Counted from the first letter of the stretch, positions 1 to 10,440 are shown. The stretch is DNA of 64,000 nt from an uncultured delta proteobacterium (GCA_963736855.1 CAVTQK010000023.1:32001-96000); one strand, 5' to 3'. Notes: generated by a model not told the origin, from the letters alone. Numbers and translations: made by a program.

Positions 1-11
1 AAAAATGTACA

Positions 12-1250
12 TCAATTCACCTTCCAAACATGAACTGCGGCGGCATTTTCATTTAGATGCCCACCGAATCCTTTCTCAACCATGAAAACCCGTTTTCCCA
101 CTGCATCCACCGTCAGATCCCCGGTTTGACCACATGAGACTCCATCGGAACCGTTCAACAAGAATTCCTGTGGAATCCATACGGCATAAGGAACTGCGGT
201 CCATGGATCCCGCTGCCCCAAGGCCACCTGGCCCAGTTCATCCACATCATAAAAAACAACCTGCCTCTGGTAAGGGTCACAATGATACCCTTTGCTATCC
301 AGACAGGCTCCGGATGGTGGTTCTCCATAATAATTTGAACCCAATCCTTTTATTCCCAGCAATAAGATGGCTCGATTGGCGCCGCTTTCGACAAAGCCTC
401 CGCCTTCCCATTTGTCGCACATGGTAAACCCCGGATAGTCGCAAAGGGCTTTATCTCCCACGTTGGGTCCCGCACATTCCGGATAGCGAATGCGATACCA
501 GAGCATCGGCACGGCATCCATGGGGCCACTGGGATTTTCTTCCGACCAGGGATGAAAGGCAAATAATGTGGGTCCCATACTCCCGTTGAAAGCCCCTCGG
601 GTCTTTCCGGTGACGAGAATCCTTCCTCCTAAATATTGATCGGCATACCCCTGAGGGACGGTAAAGAGGAAATCCCCCGCTTTATTTCCGTGATAAGGGA
701 GTGTAGTCGGACCCACATGATAAGGTCCCCGGGGATTGGATCCATCCATCTCTGAAAACCAGATAGTGGGGTGGGTATCGTCAACCACCCCGTACCATTG
801 ATCGATGCTACCATATAGCTTGTCGCTTCCCTGAGACCCGCGGCGTGGGACACATGCAATGCCGCTGGCAAAGGCGGTGTCCGGACTCACACTTTCAACG
901 ATATTACCGTCAAAGTTGATCATGCCGGAAAGCAACCTGGCGACAGGTAAGCTCCCATAGTCTCTCGAGATAACGGGCTGTGGAATTTCAGCATGGGCAA
1001 ATTCCGCCTGATTGAGATCAAACCCGATAATTAACAATGAACCGGCGCCGCCGTTTCCCTGGGGATAATACACCATTCCACGTGCTCCCCAGTTGAACTC
1101 TCCGGAAAGACGAAACGCCCCTTGATAGACAAGGTTTCCCGGCACAAGGCGAGCGGCATGGGACACAATGCTATTTGGTGCTGAAAAAAAGAACCATACA
1201 CAACCGAAAAAAACCGTCGTCAGCGTCCACCTGTTTTTCATCGCAAACAC
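12..1250 (-). CDS. Secreted hypothetical protein (possible beta-propeller, Cys-containing)
   Basis: 412-aa ORF with an N-terminal signal-peptide-like segment (KNRW + hydrophobic stretch ending ..SHA), Gly/aromatic-rich beta-type sequence and several Cys; GGAAGG RBS upstream. No family recognised. Confidence 0.7.
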   Translation of the reverse strand: MFAMKNRWTLTTVFFGCVWFFFSAPNSIVSHAARLVPGNLVYQGAFRLSGEFNWGARGMVYYPQGNGGAGSLLIIGFDLNQAEFAHAEIPQPVISRDYGSLPVARLLSGMINFDGNIVESVSPDTAFASGIACVPRRGSQGSDKLYGSIDQWYGVVDDTHPTIWFSEMDGSNPRGPYHVGPTTLPYHGNKAGDFLFTVPQGYADQYLGGRILVTGKTRGAFNGSMGPTLFAFHPWSEENPSGPMDAVPMLWYRIRYPECAGPNVGDKALCDYPGFTMCDKWEGGGFVESGANRAILLLGIKGLGSNYYGEPPSGACLDSKGYHCDPYQRQVVFYDVDELGQVALGQRDPWTAVPYAVWIPQEFLLNGSDGVSCGQTGDLTVDAVGKRVFMVEKGFGGHLNENAAAVHVWKVN

Positions 1251-1419
1251 TTTTCCTTCCTATCTCACTCATCTCTCTGAAAAAGCCGTGATTCAGCAAA
1301 AAGGTGCGGAGTAAAATTCAGTAATACCTCTATTTTAGTTAACATTAATTTTTTAGAAAATCAAGAAAAAATGAAATGATATTCATGAGGCGGCAGCTGA
1401 AATGTTGAGACTGAATATT

Positions 1420-1571
1420 GATGGCTTCGTAAAAAGCCCATCTGCTGCGTTGCGCTGTATCCTTCGTCATTGCGGCGTACCCCTATGTACGCCTCATTCC
1501 TCAGGATTTGCGCGCCTTGCATCTGAAGCTTTTTACTTTGCCATCCTAATTTTGAGTTTTTACGATTTTTC
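1420..1571 (+). mobile_element. MITE-like element, interior type A
   Basis: Left end GATGGCTTCGTAAAAAG; inner right end CTTTTTACTTTGCCATC plus outer right end GTTTTTACGATTTTTC; flanked by AATATT at 1414-1419 and 1572-1577; near-identical reverse-complement copy at 12679-12831. Confidence 0.85.
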
Positions 1572-1597
1572 AATATTATCGGGACAGACCTTGATAC

Positions 1598-2212
1598 TTA
1601 TTTTCCCGAATCGGACCGATATTTGATGCGAAGCAAGCCGGGGCTTTTATGAAAGTACATGAGAGGGGAGTCCATTCCAGCATCGATGAAATATTGTTCA
1701 AGGTCATCGAAGAGAACACGGCGGTCAGGCCAGGTGAAGCTTTTTTTGAAAATTTTAAGATGTTCCCATCTGCGCTTTAGATCCGGATTATTTTTTAAAA
1801 TCTCTCTTTCCGCTCGGTCACAGAGAAACATCTGGCAGACGATCGGTTTCATCTGCCAGGCACATCCGTTTTTGGTCAGATAAATGCATTTGAAACTGGA
1901 GTTGGGCTGATGAAGGAGATCGATCAAAGACTCGATCTGAGCCTTTTCGGACATCATGCAATTGATAGCGACATCGGCAAAAAAAACGATGATCCCTTCA
2001 CGTGTGCAGCAGGCGCTGAGCCGGCTCTGATAGCATGCTGAAGTACAAAGGTCCTTTAAATGAGTTTCAAGAAAACCATCGACATCCTTTCGAAAGACAA
2101 GATAATCGGAGAGGGTCGCTTTAAGAGCCGATCTGGCCAAGATTTCCAGAGAAATCCAATGATCTTGGACCATACGGTAGGCATCGACGTGTTCCCTTTG
2201 ATAATCATCCAT
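1598..2212 (-). CDS. Cys-rich hypothetical protein (YkgJ-like Zn/Fe-S cluster motif)
   Basis: 204 aa with CxxxC-x6-CC ... CIYL-x4-C-x7-C-x4-C, resembling the CxxCxxCC/YkgJ cysteine-cluster family. Confidence 0.6.
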   Translation of the reverse strand: MDDYQREHVDAYRMVQDHWISLEILARSALKATLSDYLVFRKDVDGFLETHLKDLCTSACYQSRLSACCTREGIIVFFADVAINCMMSEKAQIESLIDLLHQPNSSFKCIYLTKNGCAWQMKPIVCQMFLCDRAEREILKNNPDLKRRWEHLKIFKKSFTWPDRRVLFDDLEQYFIDAGMDSPLMYFHKSPGLLRIKYRSDSGK

Positions 2213-2395
2213 TTTGATGAGCCGGTTAAACGGGTATGGATCTTTCCTGCTCCCCGCTCAATCCTTGTTCCCGGTCTCGATTTGAAATCCGGCCCTCACT
2301 TTCTTCGAGGTGAAGGACCATAAATCAATCTCAATGATCGACTACAGCTATCGCTCAGGCGCTTTCGTCATGCGTCAAGGTATGGCTTGGACCCT

Positions 2396-3940
2396 CTAAC
2401 CCAAGGTCCCGGCGGTTTTTAGCTTTTCTTGCGCGATAAACGTCACTTTTAACAAGACCGTTTGAAATATCGACATAAGAGATACATACAAAAACCCCAT
2501 CTGGAAAAGTACCATGAACGGTATGCAGGAATACATGCCTTTTTGAAATGCAAGGAACACGGAAAAACTGAAATAAATCCCCAGACCCAGTTCAAGGATT
2601 GTGGATGGGTTCGCTGTTCCCTTGTATTTCTTGCTCAACCAAGACCGGTCCTTGCATGATGAGATGTTAAATTTCGGCGTGCGTTTAAATTCGCAATTTT
2701 TGCCGCATAGGGCTTCAAACACTGCTTTGGAATTATTGATGCACATCGCCAGGCCTATGCTGAAAAGAGCCGGCAGATACAGAATGCCTTTATACCATCG
2801 TTTGGTGGTTTCCTGGTAAGCCAGAAGGTAGAAAAATCCGACACTGATAGTCGTCAATAAAAAAACAGCAGCGTTCGCTATCCAAAAGAGATCAGGCTCT
2901 TTACCTTTTGAAAAAAAAATCGATAGGGGCATCAGTAGTGAAAGAAAAAACACCATCACATAGGCAAAATTCGACAGAAGATGAAAACATGCTTCAACTT
3001 TTACCCGAAGAGGTTGTTCACTTTTCTGAACGAGCGGCAATATCTTCCGTGCCGTCTGAATACCGCCTTTGACCCAACGATGCTGCTGGGTCTTGAAGCT
3101 GTTCATTTCAACCGGCAGTTCCCCAGGAACGACCACTTCCGGAAGGAAGATGAAATGCCATCCTTTCAATTGAGCCCTGTAGCTGAGATCCACATCTTCG
3201 GTCAACGTATCATAATGCCAGCCGCCTGCATCCTCAATACAAGACTTCCTCCATATGCCGGCAGTTCCGTTGAAGTTGAAAAATCTTCCGGATCGATTTC
3301 TGGCCGCATGTTCAAGTATGAAATGGCCATCCAGTAGCATTGCTTGAACTTCGGTAAGCAGATGATAAGATCGATTGGTATGCCCCCATCTTGCTTGAAC
3401 CATTCCAACTTCAGGGTGGGAAAAATGGTGGATCGTGTTCAATAGAAAATCCGGTTGAGGAATAAAATCGGAATCAAAAATGGCGATAAATTCGCCTTTG
3501 GCGTGCTTGAGACCGTTTTCAAGCGCTCCGGCTTTGAACCCGGTTCGTTCCTTTCGATGAATGTGAATGATATGTCTCCCTTTTTCTTTATAGGCTTCTA
3601 CAAGCTTCCTGCAAGAGTCAGACGTTCCGTCCGTTGAGTCGTCGAGAATTTGGATTTCCATCAGTTCTTCCGGATAGTCAATTGAAAGGACCGCCTCAAC
3701 CAGCCGTTCAATAACATAAATCTCGTTGTATATGGGAAGTTGGATAGTAACCGAGGGAAGTATTTTAAATCTTCCTGAAGGTATGGGCGATTTGTGCTTG
3801 GTCTTAAAATATAGTAAGATGATGTAAAGCCGGTGAAGACCGAATATGCTTAAACCACAAATAAGCGAAAAATATAATGCCCAATAAATCTGTCCTTTTC
3901 CGTATTCGAACCATGTTACCATTTGAATCGCATCGAGCAT
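2396..3940 (-). CDS. Membrane-bound processive GT2 glycosyltransferase (cellulose synthase-like)
   Basis: Motifs QLPIYNE, DDSTD, GFKAGAL, FDSD (DxD), TED and QQHRW (QxxRW); one N-terminal and several C-terminal TM segments. Confidence 0.9.
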   Translation of the reverse strand: MLDAIQMVTWFEYGKGQIYWALYFSLICGLSIFGLHRLYIILLYFKTKHKSPIPSGRFKILPSVTIQLPIYNEIYVIERLVEAVLSIDYPEELMEIQILDDSTDGTSDSCRKLVEAYKEKGRHIIHIHRKERTGFKAGALENGLKHAKGEFIAIFDSDFIPQPDFLLNTIHHFSHPEVGMVQARWGHTNRSYHLLTEVQAMLLDGHFILEHAARNRSGRFFNFNGTAGIWRKSCIEDAGGWHYDTLTEDVDLSYRAQLKGWHFIFLPEVVVPGELPVEMNSFKTQQHRWVKGGIQTARKILPLVQKSEQPLRVKVEACFHLLSNFAYVMVFFLSLLMPLSIFFSKGKEPDLFWIANAAVFLLTTISVGFFYLLAYQETTKRWYKGILYLPALFSIGLAMCINNSKAVFEALCGKNCEFKRTPKFNISSCKDRSWLSKKYKGTANPSTILELGLGIYFSFSVFLAFQKGMYSCIPFMVLFQMGFLYVSLMSIFQTVLLKVTFIAQEKLKTAGTLG

Positions 3941-4004
3941 GAATTACTCCTATATTTAATCTTCCGCGTATTTTAAGCCCTTTATTGGCCTAAAAACTCA
4001 TGCT

Positions 4005-4039
4005 AAAAAAAAAGACCTCCTTTTTAAAGGGGCCTCTTT
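4005..4039 (-). terminator. Putative intrinsic terminator upstream of the GT2 gene
   Basis: Minus strand reads AAAGAGGCCCCTTTAAAAAGGAGGTC followed by a T9 run (imperfect GC stem plus U-tract). Confidence 0.5.
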
Positions 4040-4111
4040 AGAGATTTTTCAAACATAAACCCTCATTTGGCCTATTGAGGATTTTATCTTTTAATATTTT
4101 CAAATATTTTT

Positions 4112-4140
4112 ATAATGCTTTTATTTTTCAAATTTGTCAA
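4112..4140 (-). promoter_or_regulatory. Putative sigma70 promoter
   Basis: Minus strand TTGACA (4140-4135), 17-bp spacer, CATTAT (4117-4112). Confidence 0.45.
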
Positions 4141-4322
4141 TATCTCAATTTGGTTAAATATAACTAATTGAAATTATTTATTTTTTGTTCATTTTTTCAT
4201 TCGAAGGAAAACCTGAAACGGTTTAAATCAATAAGACTTCATCCTCAAGGAATCGAAACTTTTAATCCTTGTGATAAAGAAAAAACAGACACCGGAAAGC
4301 TTGGGGTGGATGGACAGAAATT

Positions 4323-5042
4323 TTAAGCCGAATAATTTTTACTTCTATCCCTCAGTGGCTCGTGCTTCACAGAGAGGATTACCAGCGATCTTTCCGACTG
4401 GATAGAAGGCAATGAATAGGCCTGAATCTGAATCGAAAATCGGACAATATCCTGACCGGCAATAACGTCCTCGAGAACACCCAGTTCTTCGTCAATGTTT
4501 CCACCTTTCCAGGCAATCATACGGCCATGAATACCGACGAACGGTAAGGCCAAATAAAAAAACTCCTTCAAAGTAGAAAGTGCCCGACTGACCACCACGT
4601 CAAAGGATCCGGCAAACCCGACCTTTTCGGCAAGCTCTTGAGCTCGGATATGATGAGCTTCTGATTCATCTAATCGCAGCACCCTGATCGCATGTTTTAA
4701 AAAAGTAATTTTTTTCCGGGAGCTGTCAATGAGAACCAAAGTCAGGTCCGGCAGCATCACCTTCAAGGGAATACCCGGAAATCCGCCGCCAGAGCCAATA
4801 TCGAGGAGCCGGCCTTTCGGAGGAACCCAGCGAAGGGCTGCCAAAGAATCCAGGTAATGGTTGACCGCCACTTTCATGGGATCCGTAATGGCGGTAAGAT
4901 TTATTTTTTCATTGAACTTCATCAGTTCAACGGCATGGATGGAAAGACGATCCATTTCTGCCTTACCGATGGGAGCACCCATTTCCGCCGATCCATCGCG
5001 AAGAATTTTTCTCCATTTATCCGACCCGATGATCATCTCCAT
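4323..5042 (-). CDS. rsmG: 16S rRNA m7G527 methyltransferase RsmG (GidB)
   Basis: NLTAITD...HYLDSL, LLDIGSGGGFPGIPL SAM-binding motif, DSSRKK, FDVVVSRA. Confidence 0.95.
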   Translation of the reverse strand: MEMIIGSDKWRKILRDGSAEMGAPIGKAEMDRLSIHAVELMKFNEKINLTAITDPMKVAVNHYLDSLAALRWVPPKGRLLDIGSGGGFPGIPLKVMLPDLTLVLIDSSRKKITFLKHAIRVLRLDESEAHHIRAQELAEKVGFAGSFDVVVSRALSTLKEFFYLALPFVGIHGRMIAWKGGNIDEELGVLEDVIAGQDIVRFSIQIQAYSLPSIQSERSLVILSVKHEPLRDRSKNYSA

Positions 5043-5145
5043 CTATCTGCCGACCCGATGGGATAAAAGTATTGGGGCGCCAACAATGTAACCTCCCCTG
5101 CCTTTTGAAACTCTCTTGTTTCATGCCAGGCTTCAGACAAGGATT

Positions 5146-5323
5146 GATGGCTTCGTAAAAAGTCCAATTTCTGCGTTGCGCTTCATCCCGTTGCGATTTC
5201 GACGTACGATAAGTACGCCTCATCACACGGGATTCGCGACGCCTTGAACTTGAACTTTTTACTTTGCCATCTGATTTTCGACTTTTTACGAGTTCGTCAA
5301 TTTTGAGTTTTTACGATTTCATC
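5146..5323 (+). mobile_element. MITE-like element, interior type B, with three stacked right ends
   Basis: Starts GATGGCTTCGTAAAAAG; ends with CTTTTTACTTTGCCATC, CTTTTTACGAGTTCGTC and GTTTTTACGATTTCATC in series; 7-bp direct repeat AAGGATT at 5139-5145 and 5324-5330; interior matches 19783-19935. Confidence 0.85.
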
Positions 5324-5328
5324 AAGGA

Positions 5329-5357
5329 TTGACCGCCACAATAAAAGATGTTATAAT
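5329..5357 (+). promoter_or_regulatory. Sigma70 promoter for the Smr gene
   Basis: TTGACC, 17 bp, TATAAT with an extended -10 TG; the -35 box overlaps the MITE target duplication. Confidence 0.65.
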
Positions 5358-5588
5358 CTTCGATAATTAGAGAAGGATTCTAAATATACGGTCCTGAACG
5401 CCTGGCACCTAAAAAAATCTATCATAGGTGAATCAAAACCAAAAGGAAAATCCTCCCGCATGTAGATGTATCTATTCTAGTCAAAACTCACAACGGGCCG
5501 TTCCATAAAAGACGCCGATAACCGCGGTGCAATCCACTGAACACATTCAACTTGCGGTGGATTTTCCGACGGTGCGGGGTACGGACAG

Positions 5589-6326
5589 ATGAGATCCAGA
5601 AGTCGTAACACCTTCAAGTCGTTTGAAGAACTGACTCGATTTTTGATCGAACACCGATCAAAACAACGCCAAAGGGAAACAACGACGTATTTAAAAGGAG
5701 CTGAAGGATCCATTGCCGTCGAAACCGATGATATGCAGGCGTTCCAAGAGGCCATGCGCGGCGTCACCCCTTTGTCACGATCAGATTGGTCTGAAGACTC
5801 ACCATCCATGCCTTTAAATCCTTTGATAGGACAGAGCGACAGAAAGGATCAAGAAATTGCACAGCTTGAGGCCCTCGTCGAATCCGGCGCAGGATTTATG
5901 GTGGCACAAACCTCGGAATACGTCGAAGGGATAGGGTATCGGGTCCGTCCTGAAATCACAACCCGCCTTCACATGGGGGATTTCTCTATTCAGTCCCACA
6001 TCGATCTGCATGGATTCGGCGTCAAACTTGCCAAGGAAACCTTGGACTGCTTCCTGAAAGACGCGATCCGAACCGGAAAGCGGCAGATACTGATTATCCA
6101 CGGCCGGGGCTTATCGTCCCCTTCCAAACCGGTACTCAAGACCATGATCTGCGAATGGCTGACCGCTGGCTCCTGGCGTAAATGGGTGATCGCCTTTACC
6201 AGTGCCAGACTCTGCGACGGAGGTTCGGGCGCTACTTATGTGCTGCTTAGGCGCCGACCATTAACCCACCGTTTCAAAAAGAAAAGGCTGAATCCGGAAG
6301 ATTTTCAAAAGGTGCCCTTAGCCTGA
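5589..6326 (+). CDS. Smr/MutS2 C-terminal-domain endonuclease
   Basis: IDLHG...IIHGRG...DGGSGATYVLL Smr motifs, preceded by an 'FQEAMRGVTPL' segment like stand-alone SmrA/SmrB proteins. Confidence 0.9.
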   Translation: MRSRSRNTFKSFEELTRFLIEHRSKQRQRETTTYLKGAEGSIAVETDDMQAFQEAMRGVTPLSRSDWSEDSPSMPLNPLIGQSDRKDQEIAQLEALVESGAGFMVAQTSEYVEGIGYRVRPEITTRLHMGDFSIQSHIDLHGFGVKLAKETLDCFLKDAIRTGKRQILIIHGRGLSSPSKPVLKTMICEWLTAGSWRKWVIAFTSARLCDGGSGATYVLLRRRPLTHRFKKKRLNPEDFQKVPLA

Positions 6327-6485
6327 AAGCGCATCGGACTTGTGAGTCGGCCATCATCGCCTTCTAATTGTATTCGTGATGGATGATTTTACTCTGCATT
6401 GCATAAAAAACATGATAAGGTATAGATAAAAAGAATGATAAAAGGGCATTTGAATATGTTTAGGAATAATTCGCAAATAAACTTT

Positions 6486-6675
6486 AATGGCTTCGTAAAA
6501 AGGTTTTGTGAGCGCCATTCAAGTCTTTTCGGAAAAAGAGAGGCAAAGGGTTGAGCTTTAAAAATCTCAAGCTGTTTGAGGCACTTGTGCCGAGTTCTTG
6601 AGATTTAGCGAAACCCTTTGGATCTTCCGAAAAGACTTGCGGCGCGAGAAAAATCGGCCTTTTTACGATTTCATC
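6486..6675 (+). mobile_element. MITE-like element, interior type C (long nested hairpin)
   Basis: AATGGCTTCGTAAAAAG...CTTTTTACGATTTCATC; AACTTT direct repeat at 6480-6485 and 6676-6681; interior pairs CAAGTCTTTTCGGAA/TTCCGAAAAGACTTG, CAAAGGGTT/AACCCTTTG and AAATCTCAAG/CTTGAGATTT; reverse copy at 12483-12672. Confidence 0.85.
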
Positions 6676-6843
6676 AACTTTGGGTGACTTCTAAAACAAA
6701 GAAAAAATTTGTTATGTTTTTATGCAACTGCAGGGTTACTCCGCTCATAAAATAATCGGCATTAAAACCGACAAATTCCAATTCCTATTGAATCTGTTTT
6801 TCGGCTCATCCATGTCTTAATTATCCTATATTTGTTTTTTTCA

Positions 6844-6872
6844 TTGACAAACATATAATATTTATTTATAAT
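6844..6872 (+). promoter_or_regulatory. Consensus sigma70 promoter of fusA
   Basis: TTGACA (6844-6849), 17 bp, TATAAT (6867-6872), 46 bp upstream of the ATG. Confidence 0.75.
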
Positions 6873-6918
6873 ACAAAATTTTTCGTTAATAACATTAACC
6901 ATAACGTGTTTTGACTAT

Positions 6919-9003
6919 ATGAAAACTGACGTCACCCCAGTAAGAAACATCGGCATCAGTGCCCATATCGATGCTGGAAAGACCACGCTCACGGAGCGTA
7001 TCCTGTATTACACCCAGAGGATCCACACTATTCACGATGTGAAGGGGAAAGACGGGGTAGGCGCCACCATGGATTTCATGGAACTGGAAAGAGAGCGAGG
7101 AATTACCATCACCTCAGCCGCCACATTTTGCGAGTGGAAAAGTCATGAAATCAATATCATCGACACGCCCGGGCATGTGGATTTTACCATCGAGGTGGAG
7201 CGGTCCTTGAGAATCCTGGACGGCGCTGTCCTTGTCCTGTGTTCGGTGGGTGGAGTTCAATCCCAGTCTATTACCGTAAACCACCAGATGAACCGCTATC
7301 AAATCCCGTGCATCGCGTTCATCAACAAGTGTGATCGTATCGGGGCCAATCCGACGCGGGTCATCCATCAAATCAAAGAGAAGCTCGGTCATAATGCAGT
7401 GGCTTTGCAACTTCCCATCGGCCTGGAGGCTGACTTTTCCGGCGTGGTGGACTTGATCCGCATGAAGGCCCTTTATTTCGATGGAGACAAGGGGGAAACC
7501 GTCCGGATCGAACCGATCCCCGAAACCCTCGTGGAAGAAGCCATGAAAAGCAGGGAAGCAATCATCGATGCCGCCTCCATGTTTTCAGACGAGCTGATGG
7601 AGGCCGCCCTCGATGACCGGGTCACCGAAAACCTGCTGATGGCGGTTTTAAGAAAAGCCACCATCTCCCGAGACATCATGCCGGTTTTTTTGGGTTCGGC
7701 ATATAAAAACAAAGGCGTCCAACCGCTTTTAGATGCCGTCACTCAGTTCCTCCCTTCTCCAGCCGATATCAAAAATACGGCCCTGGACATGAATCGGGAA
7801 AATGCAATCGTAGAACTCAAAAGCGATCCCACGGAACCCCTCGTGGCGCTGTCGTTCAAGCTGGAAGACGGTCCCTATGGCCAGCTGACCTATATCCGTG
7901 TGTATCAGGGAACCCTTTCCAAAGGGGATGTCGTCCAGAACGCACGCACCGAAAAAACCCTTAAGGTGGGACGTGTGGTGCGTATACACGCCGACAAGAT
8001 GGAAGATATCGGGGCCATCCCGGCAGGCGTTATCGGCGCCCTGTTCGGAGTCGACTGCTACTCGGGAGACACTTTTGTGAGCCCGGGTCTCAATCTCTCC
8101 ATGACCTCCATGCACGTACCGGAACCCGTGATTTCCCTGGCCCTTCTTCCTCAAGGAAACAAGTCCCAGATGAACATATCCAAGGCGTTGGAACGATTCA
8201 CCAAGGAAGATCCCACTTTTAAGACTCATGTGGACGAAGAAACCGGTGAGACCATTATCTCGGGTATGGGGGAACTCCATCTGGAAATCTATGTTGAGCG
8301 GATGCGACGTGAATATAGCGCCGAAGTAACCACCGGAATGCCGCGCGTGGCTTACCGGGAAGCCATCACTCAAAGTGCCGATTTCGATTATACCCACAAA
8401 AAGCAAACCGGTGGTTCCGGCCAGTATGGAAGGGTGGTGGGCTATATGGAACCGGCCGTCGGAGAAGATTTTATTTTCGAAAGCCAGGTTGTGGGAGGCG
8501 CCATTCCAAAACCTTTTCTGGCCGCATGCGAAAAGGGTTTCCGCAAGTGTTTGAAAAAAGGTCCGTTTATGGAGTATCCCATCATCGGGATCAAGATCGT
8601 GGTCAACGACGGGAACACCCATCCTGTCGATTCTTCAGATATAGCATTTCAGGCAGCTGCAAGAGGCGCATTCATGCAAGCCTTCAGCAAGGCCAAGCCG
8701 ATGCTCATGGAACCCATCATGAAAGTCGTCGTCGAAACGCCTACCGAGTTCCAGGGGTCGGTCATGGGTTCTCTGAATCAGCGCCGGGGAATCATCGAGG
8801 GCTCCCAAGATGAGGGCCTTTTCTGCGTTATTGAATCGCGCGCTCCCTTATCCGAAATGTTCGGCTATTCCACCGTCTTGAGGTCACTCACCCAGGGCAA
8901 GGCTCAATTTACCATGGAATTTGCCAGTTACCAACCGGTCCCGCGTGCCATTGCCGAAGAACTCGCCAAGAAAAAAGCCGCCCAAAAAGGGAAGCCATCA
9001 TGA
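6919..9003 (+). CDS. fusA: Elongation factor G (stand-alone, spirochaete/mitochondrial EF-G1-like type)
   Basis: [45 protein letters not shown]; the [10 protein letters not shown] segment is typical of the spdEFG1/mtEFG1 group; rpsL/rpsG are not adjacent. Confidence 0.97.
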   Translation: MKTDVTPVRNIGISAHIDAGKTTLTERILYYTQRIHTIHDVKGKDGVGATMDFMELERERGITITSAATFCEWKSHEINIIDTPGHVDFTIEVERSLRILDGAVLVLCSVGGVQSQSITVNHQMNRYQIPCIAFINKCDRIGANPTRVIHQIKEKLGHNAVALQLPIGLEADFSGVVDLIRMKALYFDGDKGETVRIEPIPETLVEEAMKSREAIIDAASMFSDELMEAALDDRVTENLLMAVLRKATISRDIMPVFLGSAYKNKGVQPLLDAVTQFLPSPADIKNTALDMNRENAIVELKSDPTEPLVALSFKLEDGPYGQLTYIRVYQGTLSKGDVVQNARTEKTLKVGRVVRIHADKMEDIGAIPAGVIGALFGVDCYSGDTFVSPGLNLSMTSMHVPEPVISLALLPQGNKSQMNISKALERFTKEDPTFKTHVDEETGETIISGMGELHLEIYVERMRREYSAEVTTGMPRVAYREAITQSADFDYTHKKQTGGSGQYGRVVGYMEPAVGEDFIFESQVVGGAIPKPFLAACEKGFRKCLKKGPFMEYPIIGIKIVVNDGNTHPVDSSDIAFQAAARGAFMQAFSKAKPMLMEPIMKVVVETPTEFQGSVMGSLNQRRGIIEGSQDEGLFCVIESRAPLSEMFGYSTVLRSLTQGKAQFTMEFASYQPVPRAIAEELAKKKAAQKGKPS

Positions 9004-9036
9004 AAACACGAAAAAATTGCCTTTGGAGGTTCATCG

Positions 9037-9747
9037 ATGAATGAGCACGCGCCTGTCTTTGCCAATCCGTTAATTGGTCTCGGTTACGAGGATGCGACCC
9101 TCCTTACACCGGGGGCATTCAGCGCTGTTTGCGCACGTCCAGGGGTCGGAAAAACCGCATTCCTGGTTCAAATGGCTCTATGGGCTATATCCCATGATAA
9201 AAATGTTCTCCATGTAAGCCTGGGTGACCCCATTAAAAAGGTCGACCTGTGGTATCATGATCTTTTTGCCAACCTCGCTCGTCGCTCTGCAATTCAGGAT
9301 GCCTCTGCAGCCTGGATGACCTTTTTCCCGCGTCGCTTCATCATGACCTTCAAAGTAGAAGGATTCAGCGTTCCGAAACTCGAAGAGCGGATGGCGGACC
9401 TTGTGGAACAAAAGATCTTTATCCCGCATGTTATTCTCATCGATGGTCTCGAATCCGATACCTATCTGAGCAAGATTATCGAAGACTTAAAAAACTTGGC
9501 CCGAAAGTTTTCGATTCCTGTTTGGATTTCGGTTAAGACTCAGCAATATCCTCAAGCTGAGGATGCAAGCCGGGTACCCGCTCCTCTGCATGAAATGGCC
9601 GGCGTTTTTGAATCCATCGTCTCCATCGAAGGATCAATAGAACAGATCCATGTCAGAAGCGTCAAGGGTGGATCCGGAAAGGCGAGCCGCCCTTCCCTGC
9701 GCCTGGACCCCTCCACCCTCCTATTGGCAATAGACGATCCACACTGA
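9037..9747 (+). CDS. RecA-fold (DnaB_C/KaiC-like) ATPase, function unknown
   Basis: Walker A ARPGVGKT, Walker B-like ILIDG; GGAGG RBS; 33 bp downstream of fusA. Confidence 0.75.
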   Translation: MNEHAPVFANPLIGLGYEDATLLTPGAFSAVCARPGVGKTAFLVQMALWAISHDKNVLHVSLGDPIKKVDLWYHDLFANLARRSAIQDASAAWMTFFPRRFIMTFKVEGFSVPKLEERMADLVEQKIFIPHVILIDGLESDTYLSKIIEDLKNLARKFSIPVWISVKTQQYPQAEDASRVPAPLHEMAGVFESIVSIEGSIEQIHVRSVKGGSGKASRPSLRLDPSTLLLAIDDPH

Positions 9748-9932
9748 GAATCATCCCGACCGAAACCCCACGCCCCTGTTGACTTGAACCGAAAAATCGG
9801 ATAGATAGATCCGAGCCGGTCACCGTCTAACCGGACAACCGGATGCGGAGGCTTTACCCAGGTGAATCGTCGTTTGATCTATTCCGCAGGTTCCGGATGC
9901 CGTCTTCTGAGAGGAAAATGAGGGTCCAAGGG

Positions 9933-10436
9933 ATGCAGTGTGTACTTTTAAACGCGGATTACACCTTCTTGAACATGGTCCACTGGAAACGGGCCATGTG
10001 CCTCATCGCCAAGGGGAAGGTCCATGTGCTCCGGGAATCGGAAAAGACAATCCGGGGAGTCGAGGGGTTGGCGATACAGATCCCGGCGGTGATGCGCCTG
10101 ATCAAGCTCATCCGCACTCTTTACAAAAATCGGGTCCCCTTCAGCAAGAAAAACGTCCTGATCCGAGACGGGTTCCGATGTGCTTACTGCGGCGCGGAAA
10201 AGGTGAAGCTGACCATCGACCACATCATTCCGAGATCCAGAGGCGGCACAACGTGCTTTGAAAACTGCGTGACTTCCTGTAAACCTTGCAACACCCGAAA
10301 GGCATCAAGCATCCCCAGCGAAGTCTACATGTTCCTGAAGGTCAAGGCGTACCAGCCCACTATCGCTGAATTTTTGCTCATCAAAATCCGGAATCTCGGG
10401 CTCTACGATACTCTGAAAGAATTGGGAATCTACTGA
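9933..10436 (+). CDS. HNH endonuclease (McrA/HNH_5 family)
   Basis: LLNADY N-terminus, RDGFRCAYCG...TIDHIIPRSRGG...ENCVTSCKPCN; start placed at ATG 9933 (GAGGG RBS) rather than the track's 9843. Confidence 0.88.
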   Translation: MQCVLLNADYTFLNMVHWKRAMCLIAKGKVHVLRESEKTIRGVEGLAIQIPAVMRLIKLIRTLYKNRVPFSKKNVLIRDGFRCAYCGAEKVKLTIDHIIPRSRGGTTCFENCVTSCKPCNTRKASSIPSEVYMFLKVKAYQPTIAEFLLIKIRNLGLYDTLKELGIY

Positions 10437-10440
10437 AAGC

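Noticed and set aside
1361..1626. Short ORFs over the MITEs (also 5017-5226, 12471-12885, 20061-20243, 25956-26471)
   Set aside because: They are translations of the repeats (recurring DGFVKS / FYDFI peptides) with no RBS or family signal; treated as spurious.
6570..6600. CTGTTTGA-GGCAC-TT-GTGCC-GAGTT in MITE types C/D resembling a hammerhead core
   Set aside because: Lacks the required CUGANGA and GAAA core nucleotides.
7729..8622. Long antisense ORFs (also 15688-16575, 20461-21417, 35895-36941, 56071-56820)
   Set aside because: They are shadows of well-supported genes on the opposite strand, with no recognisable motifs.
9933..10436. HNH nuclease as an IscB/Cas9-like or T6SS effector nuclease
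   Set aside because: No RuvC or PLMP region, no PAAR/Rhs domain and no adjacent immunity gene; it fits the common stand-alone HNH_5 family.
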